In this document: positions 7,097-11,785 of the stretch, in pieces
Numbering within the stretch: position 1 is the stretch's first letter
Layout: every line of letters begins with the position of its first letter
Assembly: GCA_965644295.1 (NCBI GenBank)
Contig: CBFFRP010000591.1
Span: 1 to 11,785, forward strand
Source: Paraphysomonas bandaiensis
Lineage: Eukaryota; Protista; Chrysophyceae
Length of the DNA: 11,785 bases
Reading direction: 5' to 3'
The notes under the pieces: generated by a model
The model's database searches: none
Told to the model about the DNA's origin: nothing
The model's input: only the letters and a program-made list of their open reading frames with translations
Translations under genes and position numbers: made by a program

Positions 7097-9617
7097 TATA
7101 TGGAAAAGTGTCATATAAGTACTTATTTGAAGACTATAGGGTTAATGTTAATTACAATTTAGTTGTATATTTTCAATTATATATATTTTAAAATATTTTA
7201 CTAAAATATTGTATTATGTTGTTACTTTTGATATAAATCTATTGTAATAATACTTATGAAAATCTCACATCAACTTATAACTATATATTATGCACAGACA
7301 ACACATGTAGATACTATATAATATTATTACTATAAATCAGGAGTTTGTAAATCGGCCCTACAATACTATTGCAATAAATTAGTATGACTAATCAGTAAGT
7401 AAACACATCTGTAGTTTTTAGCAGGAATAGGGAACAATATATTGTTTTGAAATATACAGGGGGGATTCAAAATAAACGACAGTCTGATGAATGCTATGCT
7501 AGGTCAAGCTAGTTAGCTAGCTAGATGCTCTAGATAGAATCATATGAACACTTATATAAAATGCTATCTTGAAATACATGGGTCTTGCTTATTCAAATTT
7601 ACTTGTACAGTTACACACAAATTACCAAAAAATATCATGATTTTTACCAAATATATATCAAATAGTGAAATAGACACAATTTTGAAAATAGCATATCTGC
7701 ACGAAATAAACGAATTAGAACGTCATCTACAGCGCAAAAGAAACACAATGACATAACAGTGACTATTCTGCGGTAATATTTCTATCTTTCGATACATATG
7801 CCGCGTAAATAGATGTACAAGTACAACTAAACAAACATCATATATGTGTATTCCCGATATAAAAAAATTTCATCATACATCCCTCTGCCGCTGTAAGTGA
7901 CCTGTACAACAACCTAGCTGATATTAGGGTTCTTCACCAAAGTACCAATCTCACTCCTGCGGTACAACTTCATTAGCACTTGTACCGTCGTTGCTACAGA
8001 GCAAATATACCTTTATCACCGCTATCATCTTATATAGGTAAAACTTCAGTGTCATATCGAAAAATAGAGGTGAAAGGTGCGAAGTTCGTTGCTGTGGGAA
8101 CAGCAGCCCACTCTGATACAGCTCAACGAATTGACAGACAGACAGCACTGAGCCTTTATACTTCACTACTTCGGGGTCTCTCCTCCCACGCATCAGCTAT
8201 GGTGCCTATGAGTGTCAATGACTTTATTGTTGAGGCGAAAGCGGACAACACAAGACCAAGATATTGACTCCAGGACCAACTCGTTAGCCTACTGTCACTC
8301 ATTGACAAGTACTGTGGTCTCTGTTGTCACAGACCCAGGGCGAAGGATGATATATAGGCAGTTCCTGCCGCTTCCGTGAATCCTGCACATAGCTTGTTCT
8401 CCCTCTCTTTGATAGCTTATTCTGCATATCAACTTCCATCCACCCCTCCACAGTTCTTTCGTACGCGGTTTCCACAATGGTTCTTGAAATAGGAGTGATA
8501 TTACGTCTGTATTCAACGTATATTACAAGGCATAGTCAATATCTACACTAAGCCGTTACCTCAAAACACCTCCGATGACATCAAACTCAGATCAAAACGC
8601 TTTTGGAGGGCTGCCAAATACATGAATAGACAGATATCTGATGACAGATCTCATTCGCAGTCATATCAGCTGCGTGTGTGTGCTGCTCTGTGCTGATGTG
8701 AACAGAGACCGTCGAAGCAGTCTGAATATGCTGACTGCACAGAGCCTTTCGGCCCCTCTCCAGATCGAATAAATTACTCTGATCGCCGTTCCTCAGTCCT
8801 CGAGGGCTCAGAGAGGAGTCTCGTCCCTCCTTCCTCTTGCTGTGTGCTCATCTCTGTGATTCTCATCCGATGGATATGGCTGCTCTCTCTTCCCTCTTGT
8901 TAGGCCTAATAGGGTTATGAGATATGCATATGGTCACATGAACTTACGCTGATCTCATGTGTTCTTATTGTGGGGGTGAGAGCATCGTATGAGGGGTGTG
9001 TATGATGTGTGTGTGATGCTTGTCTTAAGAGGGAGGCATCATGATCACAACCACATACAACATACACACTGGACTTTCTAGTTGAAAAGTCTTGAAAATA
9101 GATGATTTTATGTCTATTATTAAAGAATATATTTCAATATTCTGTTATAAATACTGTGTTTTTATACAAAAAGCCTCCATTCTAAGGTGTCTGTTGTTCA
9201 AGTGTACTACTGAGTGCTGCATGATAGATTCCAGACATCCTGAAGGTAGCAGATAGTACGTTCCACTAGTATGACATGCACATTTTGTTCGACCATATGA
9301 CAGCCTCTCGTATATATTATAAGATGCCCTCATGTGTGTGTGTGTATATGTGTATGTATACATATGAACCCATTCATTCGCTGTGTGTTTATTTCTCATG
9401 TGATATCACTCACAGTTGCCTCAGTAGCCTCTCAAGAGGCAGCGCTGTGTGACTTCATTCAGGCAACTGATGTTACCTCCATATGGTCTGAGTGGACCTG
9501 TGCGGATGTGGGGAATAAGTGCAGCTTCACTGGAGTCACCTGCACAGGATCAGACATAACCTCAGTGGACTTATATTATGATGATATATCAGGATCTCTC
9601 CCTCATCACTGGGTCAG

Positions 9618-10409
9618 ATGACTTCTCTTAGTAGACTCTATCTATATGGCAATTCCTTAACGGGTCCTCTCCCCTCATCATTGGGTCAGATGACTGCTCT
9701 TAGTGATCTCCGTCTGTATTACAATTCCTTAACGGGTCCTCTCCCCTCATCTATCAGTGATATGACTGCATTGACATATTTGCATATTGGTTACAACTCT
9801 CTCAACGGTACTCTTCCCTCATCATTGGGTCAGATGACTTCTCTTCGTGAACTCCATCTACGTGACAATTCCTTAACAGGTCCTCTCCCCTCAACATTGG
9901 GTCAGATGACTTCTCTTAGTAATCTCTATCTACATTTCAATTCCTTAACGGGTCCTCTCCCCTCATCATTGGGTCAGATGACTGCTCTTAGTGATCTCCG
10001 TCTGTATTATAATTCCTTAACGGGTCCTCTCCCCTCATCTATCAGTGATATGACTGCATTGACATATTTGCATATTGGTTACAACTCTCTCAACGGTACT
10101 CTCCCCTCATCATTGGGTCAGATGACTTCTCTTCGTGAACTCCATCTACATGACAATTCCTTAACGGGTCCTCTCCCCTCATCATTGGGTCAGATGACTT
10201 CTCTTAGTTTCCTCAATCTACGTGACAATTCCTTAACGGGTCCTCTCCCCTCATCATTGGGTCAGATGACTTCTCTTACCGAATTCAATCTCTATTCCAA
10301 TTCCTTAATGGGTCCGCTCCCTGTCTCTTTTTCTAGTCTAACTAAATTACGAACTCTAAGGGGTGAGAACAATTTGTTCACAGGTGTCTACCCTTCCGAG
10401 CTATGCACA
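9618..10409 (+). repeat. LRR array, 11 x 72-bp units (the last two diverged)
   Basis: Units start at 9618 + 72n with a near-identical nucleotide framework (ATGACTTCTCTT...AATTCCTTAACGGGTCCTCTCCCCTCATCATTGGGTCAG). Confidence 0.95.
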
Positions 10410-10490
10410 ATGACTAAATTAACAGCATTCTACCTCACACAAACCAGTTACCATGAATGCTTGAGACCCACATCTGCCCCGACCCCTTTC

Positions 10491-11692
10491 CCTTCAGGGC
10501 AGCCATCTGGTCCTACAGGACAGCCATCTGCTGAACCCACAGGACAACCATCTGGGATCCCAACTGGAAAGCCATCTGGTCAACCCACAGGTGAGCCATC
10601 TGGCCAACCTAGTGAACTGCCATCTAGTCAACCTAGTGGACTGCCGTCTGGTGAACCCACAGGACAGCCATCTGGCCAACCTAGTGAACCGCCATCTGGG
10701 ATCCCTACTGGACAGCCATCTGGTCAACCTAGTGGACTGCCATCTGGTGAACCCACAGGACAGCCATCTACCAAACCAACAGGACAGCCATCTGGCCAAC
10801 CTAGTGAACCGCCATCTGGGATCCCTACTGGACAGCCATCTGGCCAACCTAGTGGACCGCCATCTGCTGAACCCACAGGACACCCATCTAGGATCCCTAC
10901 TGGACAGCCATCTGCTGAACCCACAGGACAACCATCGGGGATCCCTACTGGACAGCCATCATGTCAACCCACATGTGAGCCATCTGAGATCCCTACTGGA
11001 CAACCATCTGGCCAACCTAGTGGACTGCCATCAAGCGACAACCATCGGGGATCCCTACTGGACAGCCATCATGTCAACCCACATGTGAGCCATCTGAGAT
11101 CCCTACTGGACAACCATCTGGCCAACCTAGTGGACTGCCATCAAGCGAACCCACAGGACAGCCATCTGGGATCCCAACTGGACAGCCATCAACCAAACCA
11201 ACAGGACAGCCATCTGGCCAACCTAGTGAACCGCCATCTGGGATCCCTACTGGACAGCCATCTGGCCAACCTAGTGAACCGCCATCTAGGATCCCTACTG
11301 GACAGCCATCTGCTGAACCCACAGGACAACCATCTGGGATCCCTACTGGACAGCCATCATGTCAACCCACAGGTGAGCCATCTGAGATCCCTACTGGACA
11401 GCCATCTGGTCAACCTAGTGGACTGCCATCAAGCGAACCCACAGGACAGCCATCTGGCCAACCATCTAGCGAACCAACAAGACAGCCATCTGGGCAACCT
11501 AGTGGACTACCATCTGGTCAACCTAGTGGACAGCCATCTGGGCAACCTAGTGGACTACCATCTGGTCAACCTAGTGGACAACCATCTAGCGAACTAATAG
11601 GACAGCCATTATGTCAACCCACAGGTGAGCCATCTGGTGAACCAACAGGACAACCGTTTGTCCAACCTAGTGGACTGCCATCTGGACAACCT
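10491..11692 (+). repeat. 12-bp coding minisatellite encoding P-S/T-x-x tetrapeptides
   Basis: Recurring CCATCTGGxCAA / CCTACTGGACAG / CCTAGTGGACTG units. Includes a 110-bp-period tandem duplication at 10927-11148. Confidence 0.93.
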
Positions 11693-11785
11693 CATTTACC
11701 TGAGATATTACGTGTGGACTGGACTGCGTATCGAGATCGCGTTACAGTTTCAATTCAGCTCTCAAACAGAGGCTATGTCTATTGC

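Larger units (their letters stand above)
9364..11785 (+). pseudogene. Secreted/surface LRR protein with mucin-like Pro/Ser/Thr stalk; two frameshifts (pseudogene or assembly errors); continues past the window end
   Basis: ATG at 9364 starts a hydrophobic signal-like peptide and a Cys-containing LRR N-cap (ALCDF...W.C...C.FTGVTC). A missing C at 9600-9602 shifts the frame into 24-aa plant-specific-type LRRs (LxxLxLxxNxLxGxLPxxLG). PSGQ/PTGQ repeats follow. A second shift occurs at ~11037, after which the PS frame stays open to 11785. Confidence 0.85.

Noticed and set aside
6294-7145. piggyBac-like ends (TTAA at ~6294; AGGGTTAA at ~7138-7145)
   Set aside because: The sequences inside the two TTAA sites are not inverted repeats of each other.
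7498-7535. Cluster of CTAG motifs
   Set aside because: Short and low in complexity, with no associated subterminal hairpin to support a Helitron end.
7951-8516. Short ORFs in a moderately GC-rich island
   Set aside because: They may be decayed gene fragments, but no recognisable motif or consistent frame was found. BLASTX would be needed.
7484-8645. CTGATGA motifs (~7484 and ~8638) as hammerhead ribozyme cores
   Set aside because: Neither has a stem II followed by a suitably placed GAAA.
10494-11322. Minus-strand and alternate-frame ORFs over the stalk
   Set aside because: Shadow translations of the 12-bp coding repeat.
9618-11597. 659-aa ORF taken as a complete gene
   Set aside because: It starts inside an LRR, lacks the signal peptide and N-cap encoded in another frame, and its last ~185 aa are out of frame.

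Overview
Eukaryotic telomere/subtelomere window. A stramenopile, probably chrysophyte-like, host is inferred from the gene types but not proven. Positions 144-2334 hold six (CCCTAA)n tracts interrupted by a recurring TCGAATAG(C) linker, a 13-nt insert and two copies of a ~310-bp unit. Moving inward there is AT/CA-rich spacer DNA, an (ATGT)35 microsatellite, and an intronless 674-aa P-loop NTPase + PD-(D/E)xK-like gene of Crinkler/CR-effector type architecture. Next come a degenerate minus-strand coding fragment bracketed by AAACCTGGTGAAA motifs and a signal peptide + LRR + Pro/Ser/Thr-stalk surface-protein gene. That gene carries two frameshifts, and its LRRs vary mainly at exposed residues. 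The most unusual signals are the fixed linker at telomere-repeat junctions (possibly copied from the RNA next to a telomerase template) and the NNY-biased, mosaic LRR diversification. Many ORFs in the supplied track are repeat-derived or shadow ORFs.
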